Assembly: GCA_965249575.1 (NCBI GenBank)
Contig: OZ252244.1
Span: 608,001-672,000, forward strand
Reading direction: 5' to 3'
Source: Gemmatimonadales bacterium
GTDB lineage: Bacteria; Gemmatimonadota; Gemmatimonadetes; Gemmatimonadales; GWC2-71-9
Length of the DNA stretch: 64,000 bases
Position numbers and translations under genes: made by a program
Notes under the pieces: model-generated
Database searches by the model: none
What the model was told of the DNA's origin: nothing
The model's input: only the letters and a program-made list of their open reading frames with translations
Part shown: positions 29,516 to 38,091 of the stretch, one piece after another
Numbering within the stretch: the stretch's first letter is position 1
How the letters are laid out: every line of letters starts with the position of its first letter

Positions 29516-29956
29516 TTACGGGGCCTCCGCGCAGTATCTGTCAAAGGCCGTTCTGAGCTCCACCGCGATCGCCTCCGCCGACCGACCTTCGATATCTTGC
29601 CGTTCTAACATATGCACGAGCTGGGCGTCCTTGAAGAGCACGATTTGGGGTGACGAAGGCGGGTAGCCTATGAAGTGGCTACGGGCACGCTCCACGGCAT
29701 CGGTCTCCATGCCGGCGAATACGGTGGCGAGCCGGTCGGGGCGGACACTGTGTTCCAACGCGAGTCTCACTCCCGGCCGCGCTTTGCCCGCCGCGCATCC
29801 GCACACCGAGTTCACCACCACGAGCACGCTGCCATCGGCTGCTGAGCCGAGGACTTGGTCCACCTCTTCGGGGGTCAGCAGCTCCTCGAAGCCTATCTGC
29901 GTGAGTTCATCCCGCAGGGGTTGAACCATCACCGGATCGTACAGAGCTGTTCTCAT
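29516..29956 (-). CDS. BrxA/BrxB family bacilliredoxin
   Basis: VVNSVCGCAAGKARPG, TVFAG, YPPSSP, IEGR; GGAGG RBS. Confidence 0.92.
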   Translation of the reverse strand: MRTALYDPVMVQPLRDELTQIGFEELLTPEEVDQVLGSAADGSVLVVVNSVCGCAAGKARPGVRLALEHSVRPDRLATVFAGMETDAVERARSHFIGYPPSSPQIVLFKDAQLVHMLERQDIEGRSAEAIAVELRTAFDRYCAEAP

Positions 29957-30013
29957 TCTCGTCCTCCCGCTGCCGCCTGCCATGGCTTCCTCGAGCCCCG
30001 GCTTGGTCGGCGC

Positions 30014-30283
30014 CTACCCGCGCCCCTGCGCCACTTCCCGGGCCTCACCGCCTTCGAAGTAGGCGTAGTTTTTCTTCGTGTAGCTCGCCCACTTCTCGGG
30101 TACATCGTCTTCAGGGAAGATAGCGGTTACCGGGCACTCCGGCTCGCACGCGCCGCAGTCGATGCACTCGTCGGGGTGGATGTAGAGCATGTCCGGACCT
30201 TCGTAGATGCAATCGACGGGACACACGTCCACACACCCTCTGTCTAGTACGTCAATGCACGGTTCAGCAATGATGTACGTCAT
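30014..30283 (-). CDS. Dicluster ferredoxin (FdxA-like)
   Basis: MTYIIAEPC...[10 protein letters not shown]...[12 protein letters not shown]. Confidence 0.95.
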   Translation of the reverse strand: MTYIIAEPCIDVLDRGCVDVCPVDCIYEGPDMLYIHPDECIDCGACEPECPVTAIFPEDDVPEKWASYTKKNYAYFEGGEAREVAQGRG

Positions 30284-30547
30284 TGTTCCTCCACCGACGG
30301 CAACCGCGCATCCGCCCGTCCGGATGCCACCTCGTCCTATGGAACGGCTCGCTGCGTCGCAGGAAAAAGAAGCTCATGAGGGAGAGGATCAGTGCCCCGA
30401 GCGGTTTCGTGGTAGCGCGTGCCGGTCAAATCCGACCCTTTTACTAGGATTTCACTGCTGTATACAGAGGGGCCCGTGGCCTGTCAAGTGGATCACGGGG
30501 CGGGGGGTCGGAGAGCCTTCAAGTGCTGAGACTGCCTGCCTGGCCTA

Positions 30548-30632
30548 AACCGCCCCCATTAACGGGCGCTCAGGCTGGCAGCAAGGGAGCGAGGCCCGCG
30601 GAGGGGCGCGAAGCGTGTAGAAGGGCGGTTCT
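30548..30632. repeat. Imperfect direct repeat, copy A
   Basis: Shares aaccgcccc..ttaac, caggctggcag, gaggcccgc, gaggggcgcgaagcgtgt and ggttct with 31463-31540. Confidence 0.85.
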
Positions 30633-30640
30633 GGTAACCG

Positions 30641-30868
30641 TCACCCGATTTCATACCGCTGCTTGAACTCCGTCATGATCTGATCCATCAGGCGCACGTA
30701 AGCGGGTGCGCCTGGCGTTGCAGGAACCTTCCAATTGCAGCCGCCTCGCGTTGGCGCAATCCGCTTCGGCGCTGCGAAGGATGCATCACAGTTCGGGTCT
30801 CTGTGTATTAGTTCGGCGTTCAGCAGTCCGTGCAGCCTGGCACCGGAAACCCGCCTGCGGTCAGCCAT
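30641..30868 (-). CDS. Small hypothetical protein
   Basis: 75 aa, GGAGGG RBS, GCNW motif. Confidence 0.6.
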   Translation of the reverse strand: MADRRRVSGARLHGLLNAELIHRDPNCDASFAAPKRIAPTRGGCNWKVPATPGAPAYVRLMDQIMTEFKQRYEIG

Positions 30869-30943
30869 CCCCGCACCCTCCGATTCCACGCCAGCCGCGC
30901 TGCCGTTTTCTCTCCGGCACCCACACGGGCAGCTCGGTCACGA

Positions 30944-31163
30944 TCACTCGGACCGTCCACTGACGAAGAGTTGGCGCCGAGAGGTGGCGCAGCGCACGAG
31001 AAGGACCGCCTTCCCAGTCCCCTTCTGCGTAACTGGTCCGTGGAAGGTCAGCAGGTTACCACAGCGGGGACATTCAACTGGGGGCACTGGCCGCAGAGAC
31101 CATCTCACGAATGCGGTCGGCTTCCTGTGGGGAGTACGCGGCGTCGGTATCGTGCTCGGTCAC
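30944..31163 (-). pseudogene. Small zinc-ribbon-like protein with +1 frameshift
   Basis: VTEHDTDAAYSPQEADRIREMVSAASAP / VECPRCGNLL...VRCATSRR; extra base in C5 run at 31080-31084. Confidence 0.55.
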
Positions 31164-31173
31164 TCACCCATCA

Positions 31174-31380
31174 TCAGGACCGGCGGGCCTGATCCCACTC
31201 GATGACGCGGCGCTTGACTTCGTCTTCTGTCTCGTCGGCCGCGGCGGGGATCGCCCAATAATGCAACGCCCCGTCCACCTCGACCATCCACGATGCGATG
31301 GCGGGGGTTACGCCCACCGACTCAACGTGACACCGATAACTGTGTCCACCATCGGTGAACATGAACTCCTGAAGCTCCAT
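31174..31380 (-). CDS. Small hypothetical protein
   Basis: 68 aa MELQEFMFTDGGHSYRCHVE...; GGAG upstream. Confidence 0.6.
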   Translation of the reverse strand: MELQEFMFTDGGHSYRCHVESVGVTPAIASWMVEVDGALHYWAIPAAADETEDEVKRRVIEWDQARRS

Positions 31381-31462
31381 GAGAGGCTCCCGGGTCACCT
31401 CAAACGTGCCGCGCGGGTACACCACGCCGCTAGGGGCGACGCAACGCCCCCTGCGTGTCGTT

Positions 31463-31540
31463 AACCGCCCCGTTAACAGCGAACAGGCTGGCAGGAGGGT
31501 AGAGGCCCGCGAGGGGCGCGAAGCGTGTCGAGAGGGTTCT
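31463..31540. repeat. Imperfect direct repeat, copy B
   Basis: See copy A. Confidence 0.85.
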
Positions 31541-31972
31541 AAGCGGCTTAAGGGGTTTCTAGCGCCAGCCACCGGACGAGCAGGAGCGCGCCGAGCTCAT
31601 TGTGCTAGCTTCTCCGGTTCGTCAGCGTGCAGCGGCTGCTGGTACGGTACGCGAAGGTGCTGGCTGGCAGGCCGGATTCGAACTAGCTCGCGTGCAGCGA
31701 CCTACACGTAACACAAGGAAGCCTCTCGCCGGAGTTTTCCCAGGCGGTCAAAAGGGCGCGCTTGATGGTGGCGGCGAGCGGTGTATTTCACTAAGCGTTT
31801 TCACTTCAACGAGTTCGGGTCGGTCGGTTAAGACGCTGGTTGGAAGGAGGACACTGCAGCATTATGTACGCATGGGGCGCATCGAAACGGGAGGCTGACA
31901 CGGAGCGATACCCGGACACCTCGAGACACGACCCCATTAACCTGGCAACTCAGGACCGCCGAGGCCGACACC

Positions 31973-33661
31973 ATGTCGCACGAAGTGGACGGGTCCACCC
32001 CAAACCAACCCGGACCGGAGGCGGTCAGAGAGCAGTTGAAGCGGATCCTGGACAGCGACCTGTTTTCTCGGGGGCCGAGGCTGGCGCGCTTCCTTTCGTA
32101 TATCGTCGAGGCCACGATATCCGGGAATGCCGAGCAGCTGAACCAACTTGCCATCGGGCTCGACGTATTCGACCGCGGCAGAAGCTTCGATCCATCCACG
32201 GACGCCATCGTTCGCGTGGAAGCGGGCCGATTGCGATACAAGCTTACCGAATACTACGACAACGCGGGAACGAACGACCCGATCGTGATCAGCCTCCCCC
32301 GCGGCGGTTATCACGTGTCCGTGCAGCATCGGGCCTCGACGGAACCCGTCGGCCAACCCGTTGCACGCGGAGCCCCCCGCCTCGGCGTCGCGGCGCTCCT
32401 GGCCGCATCGACCGTCGGTTTTCTCTACGCCGCATTCGCACTCCTCCCCGATCAGGAAAAGACGGCTCCGGGAGCGACCACGGCGAGTGCCGACGTGCGT
32501 CCCGGGAGTATCGGACAGCCCACTGCGGCGTTCGCCGGAAGGCAGGCCATCGCCATCCTGCCCTTCAATAATCTCAGCAACGATCCCGAACAAGACTATT
32601 TCAGCGACGGAATCACCGAGGATATCATCACCGATCTGTCGCTCGTTTCCGGTCTGAACGTCATCGCGAGGCACTCAACGTTCGTCTACAAGAATCAGAA
32701 CGTGAGCATCAAAGACATCGGCGACGACCTCGGCGCGCGGTACGTCCTCGAGGGAAGCGTTCGGAAGGCCGGCGATCAACTGCGAATCACTGCCCAGCTC
32801 ATCGATGTGGCCACCGAGACCCACATCTGGGCCGAGCGTTACGACCGCAGGCTCGACGACATCTTTGCGACCCAGGACGAGGTCTCGCAGCAGATCGTCA
32901 ATTCGCTCGATGTGGAGCTGACGGACCTCGAACGGAATCGGCTCCGCCACCGCGGCACCGAGAGCCTCGAGGCACACGACTACTACCTGCGCGCCCGGGA
33001 CCTGTTCTACCTGTTCACGGACGAGGGTGTGAACCGCGCCATCGAGCTGTTCTCCGAGGCAATCGAGGTGGATCCCGCTTACGCCGAGGCCCATGCGTGG
33101 TTGTCGCGGGCCATCACCTACACCTTCGTGGCCGGGATCGACACCCGCGGCCCCGCAGCGGTGGAAGAGGCGCTGGCCCTGGCGCGGCGGTCGGTTGATC
33201 TCGACGAAAACCTTCCCCTGGCTCACGCCAACCTGGCCTGGGCGCTGCGGTGGCAGCTGGAGATCGAGGCGGCGACCGACGCCGTCAACACAGCCATCGA
33301 ACTCAACCCGAACTTCGCAGATGCCTACCTCTGGCAGTCCCTGATCCTGTCGACGGCCGGAAACGGCGAGGACGCCCTCGCGTCCGTCGAACAGGCCATG
33401 CTTTTCGATCCTCACTACAGCGTCACACACATCTTCGCCTTGGGACGCGCCTATCTCATCCTGGGTCGGGCCGATACGGCCCTCTACCACTTCGAACGGG
33501 GCATCGAGCGCAACCCGAATTTCATTCCCAACCACACCCACAGGCTGCTGGCGTTGGAAAGGCTGGGAATGACCGAGGCCCACGAAGCCGCGAGGACCGA
33601 GCTGGTCCGGATCGCTCCCAACTACCAGCAAAGCCCCACCTACCGGTTTTACCGAAACTAG
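31973..33661 (+). CDS. Membrane-spanning regulator: N-terminal putative DNA-binding domain, TM, TolB-like domain, TPRs
   Basis: L.RIL.S..F...RL..FL.Y, FDPSTDAIVRVEAGRLR.KL..YY, IAILPFNNLS..EQDYFSDGITEDII, TPRs. Confidence 0.85.
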   Translation: MSHEVDGSTPNQPGPEAVREQLKRILDSDLFSRGPRLARFLSYIVEATISGNAEQLNQLAIGLDVFDRGRSFDPSTDAIVRVEAGRLRYKLTEYYDNAGTNDPIVISLPRGGYHVSVQHRASTEPVGQPVARGAPRLGVAALLAASTVGFLYAAFALLPDQEKTAPGATTASADVRPGSIGQPTAAFAGRQAIAILPFNNLSNDPEQDYFSDGITEDIITDLSLVSGLNVIARHSTFVYKNQNVSIKDIGDDLGARYVLEGSVRKAGDQLRITAQLIDVATETHIWAERYDRRLDDIFATQDEVSQQIVNSLDVELTDLERNRLRHRGTESLEAHDYYLRARDLFYLFTDEGVNRAIELFSEAIEVDPAYAEAHAWLSRAITYTFVAGIDTRGPAAVEEALALARRSVDLDENLPLAHANLAWALRWQLEIEAATDAVNTAIELNPNFADAYLWQSLILSTAGNGEDALASVEQAMLFDPHYSVTHIFALGRAYLILGRADTALYHFERGIERNPNFIPNHTHRLLALERLGMTEAHEAARTELVRIAPNYQQSPTYRFYRN

Positions 33662-33912
33662 CGACGCGAATCGACAGAACGCCGGCTCAAACCTGAGCCA
33701 CCTCCCTTCCGGTCTCCCCCCACCATGGGCCCCGCGTGCCTTGTGCGGCGGCCGGACCGAGCCGTGTAACCCGTGTCGGGGCAAGTCGATACGTGCGTTA
33801 CTTACCGTTACAGACTTACAAACCCACAGCGCTTCCGCGAATCATGACTCGCCGATGACGGACGTCACGGTTTTCCAGGCACCCGAATCATGCCACCGTC
33901 GGGAGGAGCGCA

Positions 33913-34698
33913 ATGAGTGACAAGGCCCTAGAAACCACCAGTCCAAACCGTTCCGGGAACGGTTATCGCTTCAACCACTTCCACGCCGGTATCGCGCTGC
34001 GCGATTTCGGCTTCAGCCGTGACTCACTGGGACCAGGGGACCGCCTTCCGGACATGACCCTGGTCGACACCGACGGGAACACGGTCGGGTTGGCAGACTT
34101 CACCACGAACGAGCCCATCGTGATCGTGACCGGCTCGATCACGTGCCCCCTCACCGTCAGCGCCCTCCCGGATCTCGACGCCCTCGAACGCCGGTTCGGC
34201 GACCGGGTTCGGTTCGTCCTCCTACAGGTGCGAGAGGCCCACCCGGGCGGGCACAAGCCGCAGCCCCAGACCATGACAGAGAAGATCGAGCATGCGCGCG
34301 CGCTCCGTGAAGCTCACCGGGTCGAGTGGCCAGTCCTGGTCGACGACATCGACGGAACGCTGCACCGGCACCTCGATGCACTGGCGAACTCGCTTCACAT
34401 CGTAGCCCCCGACGGGACGATCCTCTACCGCGCACTCTTCGCGGGCGACGACCACGTCGAGGCCATCGCCTCGGTTGCCTCGGGCAACCCGCCGACTCCC
34501 TCCGAGAACCGACACCGGGCGCGGGCCATCCTCAAATCCGTCGGCTTTATGCACGACGTGCTGCGGGCCGCCGGATGGCGCGCCTACGCCGACGTCGCTC
34601 TGACGGCGCCACCGCTGATCGGGCTCGCACTGGGCACGAAGTTGTTCCGTTCGTCGAGCGCTCGAAGCGAGGCTTCGCGGTCGCGACGACCGCGCTGA
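33913..34698 (+). CDS. Iodothyronine-deiodinase-like thioredoxin-fold protein (C-terminus probably frameshifted at ~34647)
   Basis: VTGSITCP, VREAHPG, VLVDDIDG; hydrophobic tail continues in another frame. Confidence 0.75.
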   Translation: MSDKALETTSPNRSGNGYRFNHFHAGIALRDFGFSRDSLGPGDRLPDMTLVDTDGNTVGLADFTTNEPIVIVTGSITCPLTVSALPDLDALERRFGDRVRFVLLQVREAHPGGHKPQPQTMTEKIEHARALREAHRVEWPVLVDDIDGTLHRHLDALANSLHIVAPDGTILYRALFAGDDHVEAIASVASGNPPTPSENRHRARAILKSVGFMHDVLRAAGWRAYADVALTAPPLIGLALGTKLFRSSSARSEASRSRRPR

Positions 34699-34924
34699 TC
34701 GCCGGCGTCGCCGTCGTCGCCCTGCTCGCGTTAGCTGCACCGGACGATCACGGAGCCGACAACGCTCGTGAAGTGGGATTCGGGCCTCGTGTACGCGCAG
34801 AGCGCAGCACAGTTCCTCGTCCCTTCAGATTCGTCGTCTACACGGAGATCCGCGACGCCGAACACCGGTCGATCCCGTCTGGGTCGCGACGGTAACTCCC
34901 GAACCAATACCAGAGGAGGCTCTC

Positions 34925-35683
34925 ATGTCCGTCAGCACGACACCATCGCGTTACACCCCTCCGCAAGAGGCGTACGTCGACCCCGCGGAGCCCGGGCTCC
35001 CAGTCACGAGCATGACCATCTCGACGTCCGACACGGCGATCGTCATCACCGATCCTCAGATCGACTTCCTGTCTCCCGACGGTGTGACCTGGTCCGTAGT
35101 CGGCGAGAGCGTCACGGAGTACGGCACCGTGGACAACCTCGAGCGATTGATGCGCGCGGCAAAGGAATACGGACTGCCGCTCTTCATCTCGCCGCACCAC
35201 TACTACCCCAGCGATCACGGTTGGCGGTTCGAAGGCCCTCTGGAAAAGCTGATGCACAACATCGGCATGTTCGACCGCAAGGGTCCTTATACGGTCGACG
35301 GATTCGACGGCTCCGGTTCGGACTTCATGCCCCAGTACCGCGACCTGATCCTCGACGGCGAGACCATCATCGCCAGTCCGCACAAGGTCTACGGACCTGA
35401 GCAGAACGACCTCGTACTCCAGCTGCGCAAGCGGGGCGTGAGCAAGGTCATTCTCGCCGGCATGTCCGCGAACCTGTGCACACAGGCGCATCTGCACGAG
35501 CTTCTCGAGCAGGGGTTCGAGGTTGCCATGGTTCGTGACGCCACCGCCGCGGCCAAGCTCCCCGAAGGAGACGGTTACCTCGCCGCGCTCACAAACTTCC
35601 GGTTCATCGCTAACGCTCTGTGGACTACTGACGACGCGGTTCGCCGCATTCGCGGCGCGGCGTCCGGTGAAGCGCAAGAGTGA
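34925..35683 (+). CDS. Isochorismatase-like cysteine hydrolase
   Basis: VITDPQIDFL, SPHKVYGP, AGMSANLC, VRDATA. Confidence 0.9.
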   Translation: MSVSTTPSRYTPPQEAYVDPAEPGLPVTSMTISTSDTAIVITDPQIDFLSPDGVTWSVVGESVTEYGTVDNLERLMRAAKEYGLPLFISPHHYYPSDHGWRFEGPLEKLMHNIGMFDRKGPYTVDGFDGSGSDFMPQYRDLILDGETIIASPHKVYGPEQNDLVLQLRKRGVSKVILAGMSANLCTQAHLHELLEQGFEVAMVRDATAAAKLPEGDGYLAALTNFRFIANALWTTDDAVRRIRGAASGEAQE

Positions 35684-35752
35684 AGATCGAGGCGGCGCGG
35701 ATCAACTCGGATCCCGCCGCCCACCGATCCAATAGCATGGAGATGTAGAGTA

Positions 35753-36676
35753 ATGAAACAGACAAAAGAATTCATCAAAAAATACGGTCCCTGGGCGCTG
35801 ATTACAGGTGCGTCTTCCGGAATCGGCGCCGAGTTCGCCAGACAGATCGCCGGCCGCGGGCTCAACGTGATCCTGACCGCGCGCCGAGGGGCCAAGCTGG
35901 ATGCCCTGTCGAAGAAGATACAGGAAGAGACCGGAGTCGCCGCCCTAACGATAGCGGCCGACCTGAGTTCGAAAGAGGCTATCGACGAGCTCGCAGCGGC
36001 CGTGGAAGAACTCGATATCGGCCTGCTGGTAAACCACGCCGGCCGAGAGGATACGGGACCGTTCCTCCACGTCGACATCACCAAAGCGATGCAAACGGTG
36101 GATCTCAACGTACGCGCACCCGTGTTGTTGACCCACACCATCGGCCGCCGAATAGCCGAGCGTGGAGCGGGGGGCGTCGTGTTCCTCTCCTCCATCGTCG
36201 CCTTTCAGGGCGTGCCACTCACAGCGAACTACGCCGCGACCAAGGCATTCGATCTGGTCCTGGCTGAAGGACTTGCGCCGGAGCTTCGACAGTACGGGAT
36301 CGACACCCTCGCCGTCACGCCAGGGTTCACCAAGACGGAATTGGCCCCGGACCTGGATTTCACGGGAACTCCCATTCGCCCCCTGGAGGCAGCGAAGGTG
36401 GTCGAAACGACCCTCGACGCCCTAGGCAAGAAGACGCTGGTCATTCCGGGACTCACCAATCGCTTCCTGTATTTCGCGGGCAAGTACCTGCAGCCGCGAC
36501 GGCTGAGTTCGGCCGCCTTCGGACGCGTATACCGCAGGGTACTGAGACGGAAGCTTCCGGCGAACATCTCGCCCCCAGCTGCACGGGATTCCGCCGAGGG
36601 CGCTGGCGATCGGCCTCATGTTAGGGACCGTCGACTCGGCCATCATCCTGTCTGCCGCGTTGTGGAAGACGGGTGA
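35753..36676 (+). CDS. Short-chain dehydrogenase/reductase
   Basis: YGPWALITGASSGIG, YAATK. Confidence 0.92.
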   Translation: MKQTKEFIKKYGPWALITGASSGIGAEFARQIAGRGLNVILTARRGAKLDALSKKIQEETGVAALTIAADLSSKEAIDELAAAVEELDIGLLVNHAGREDTGPFLHVDITKAMQTVDLNVRAPVLLTHTIGRRIAERGAGGVVFLSSIVAFQGVPLTANYAATKAFDLVLAEGLAPELRQYGIDTLAVTPGFTKTELAPDLDFTGTPIRPLEAAKVVETTLDALGKKTLVIPGLTNRFLYFAGKYLQPRRLSSAAFGRVYRRVLRRKLPANISPPAARDSAEGAGDRPHVRDRRLGHHPVCRVVEDG

Positions 36677-37281
36677 CATCAGTGCTGCACCGGCGACTTT
36701 AATCGCGCAGGTCTACACGCTGCCGATCCTCGTTGGTGCCGTTTCGCAAAGCCATTTCTTATCGGCGAGCAGTGAAGCCCTCTCGGGACCACGCCGTCGA
36801 ATGTCGGATCAGAAAACTGCGCATCAAAGGTCGAACGACGGAGCGTGACGATCGAACATTGAAGAACGGAGGAGACGAGTGATGAAAACGAGCGAGCGGG
36901 CCTCCTGTCGGAGGTGAAGTCTCACGATACACGACCGAACGTCGATCGCCGGGACACGATGAGGGAAAGCCCTCTGCTGGTTACCAGTACCGTGCGATTG
37001 AGCAGAAGCCGATATACACCTTAATTGAGGACTGCGGAAGATGAAGCGGGCAACTGACAGACAGCGTTTGGACATCAGCAACCCCGGGGTCTCCCTGAGT
37101 CAGCAGCATTGCAAGGCGACGTGCTACGCCGCTCATCGATACTTGCTCTGATCATTGGCAGCGCACTGACATGCGCCCCCGCGGATTTAGTGACTCGTAA
37201 AAAAAAGGAGAAGGGCCGATGCCAGGGCTCGCGACGGTCTCGCGGGGCGCAGACCTCATGAGAAGAGAGCTGCCGAGCTAC

Positions 37282-37451
37282 CGCCGCGAACGGACCGAGC
37301 ACCCCCCCCAACCCCCTAGGGTCCCCCACCCCCGAGACGGATCGCCGCGTACGGACCGAGCACCCCCCCACCCCCTAGGGTCCCCCACCCCCGAGACGGA
37401 TGCCCCGAGTCCCCCCACCCCCCAAGGTGGAGCCCACCCCCAAGGTGGAGC
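37282..37451. repeat. Two ~60-bp tandem C-rich repeats plus two ccccaaggtggagc copies
   Basis: cggaccgagcacccccc...ccccctagggtcccccacccccgagacggat in units 37282-37342 and 37343-37401. Confidence 0.9.
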
Positions 37452-37553
37452 ACACCGCCACGACTCTTGCCTTTCAGGCCGTGGGGTCTACGATTCGCTT
37501 GAGTCAAGCAAGGCCGTTGAATGCTAGGGATTAGAAAGGAGCTGTAAACAATC

Positions 37554-37736
37554 ATGGAGGATCCAAAGGCCAGGCGGCCGCCCCTCGTCGATCCGGACAT
37601 CTTCAACCGCTACCGCGAGTGGCGGTGGAACGAAGTCCTCCGCCAGGTCGCGGAAGGCTATCACCCAACAGGCTCCGAGCTGGCGAACATGATCCCCCGG
37701 ACACGAGGCGGACCCGGATGCCCAGCGTTACCGTGA
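37554..37736 (+). CDS. Small hypothetical protein or remnant
   Basis: 60 aa, AAGGAG upstream. Confidence 0.35.
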   Translation: MEDPKARRPPLVDPDIFNRYREWRWNEVLRQVAEGYHPTGSELANMIPRTRGGPGCPALP

Positions 37737-37884
37737 GGAACGCCCGCGCCGGCGAGGCTCTGCCTCTCCAGTTGCAAGTTGATTCCCATCAACTACTTAG
37801 GCTATATAGGGTGTTGAATTCCCCGATTAAGGCACCCCCTTCTCCCTTCGTATACTCACGCCCGTGCACCAGACGGCGGAGTTC

Positions 37885-38091
37885 ATGGAGGAAAAGCCAC
37901 CGCTGGGACCTGGAGAGTTCGGGAACCACTCCGCGGCGCAACATCGCAGGGGGGCCGAGGGGCGACACCGCCTACGAATTCGGTCGCAGCTCCTGGTCAG
38001 TGATGACGAGATCGATGTGAGTGCCTTCGTGCGCGCCTATGCGCAGATCATCTCGGAGCTTGCACAGGAGTCTCGTCAGGAGGCCATATGA
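37885..38091 (+). CDS. Small protein translationally coupled to recombinase
   Basis: ATGA overlap with recombinase start; amphipathic C-terminal helix. Confidence 0.5.
   Translation: MEEKPPLGPGEFGNHSAAQHRRGAEGRHRLRIRSQLLVSDDEIDVSAFVRAYAQIISELAQESRQEAI

Noticed and set aside
30458..30467. CTGTATACAG palindrome upstream of ferredoxin as an operator
   Set aside because: A single 10-bp palindrome is expected by chance in 64 kb, and I noticed no second copy.
31660..31690. tRNA-like 3' fragment on - strand (GTTCGAATCCGGCCTGCCAGCCA)
   Set aside because: T-stem is mismatched, acceptor spacing is off by one, and there is no D or anticodon arm; at most a decayed att remnant.
34120..34150. Second selenoprotein in the deiodinase-like gene
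   Set aside because: The active-site codon is TGC (Cys), not TGA.
37282..37451. Possible CRISPR array
   Set aside because: Only two adjacent units, no unique spacers, no cas genes.
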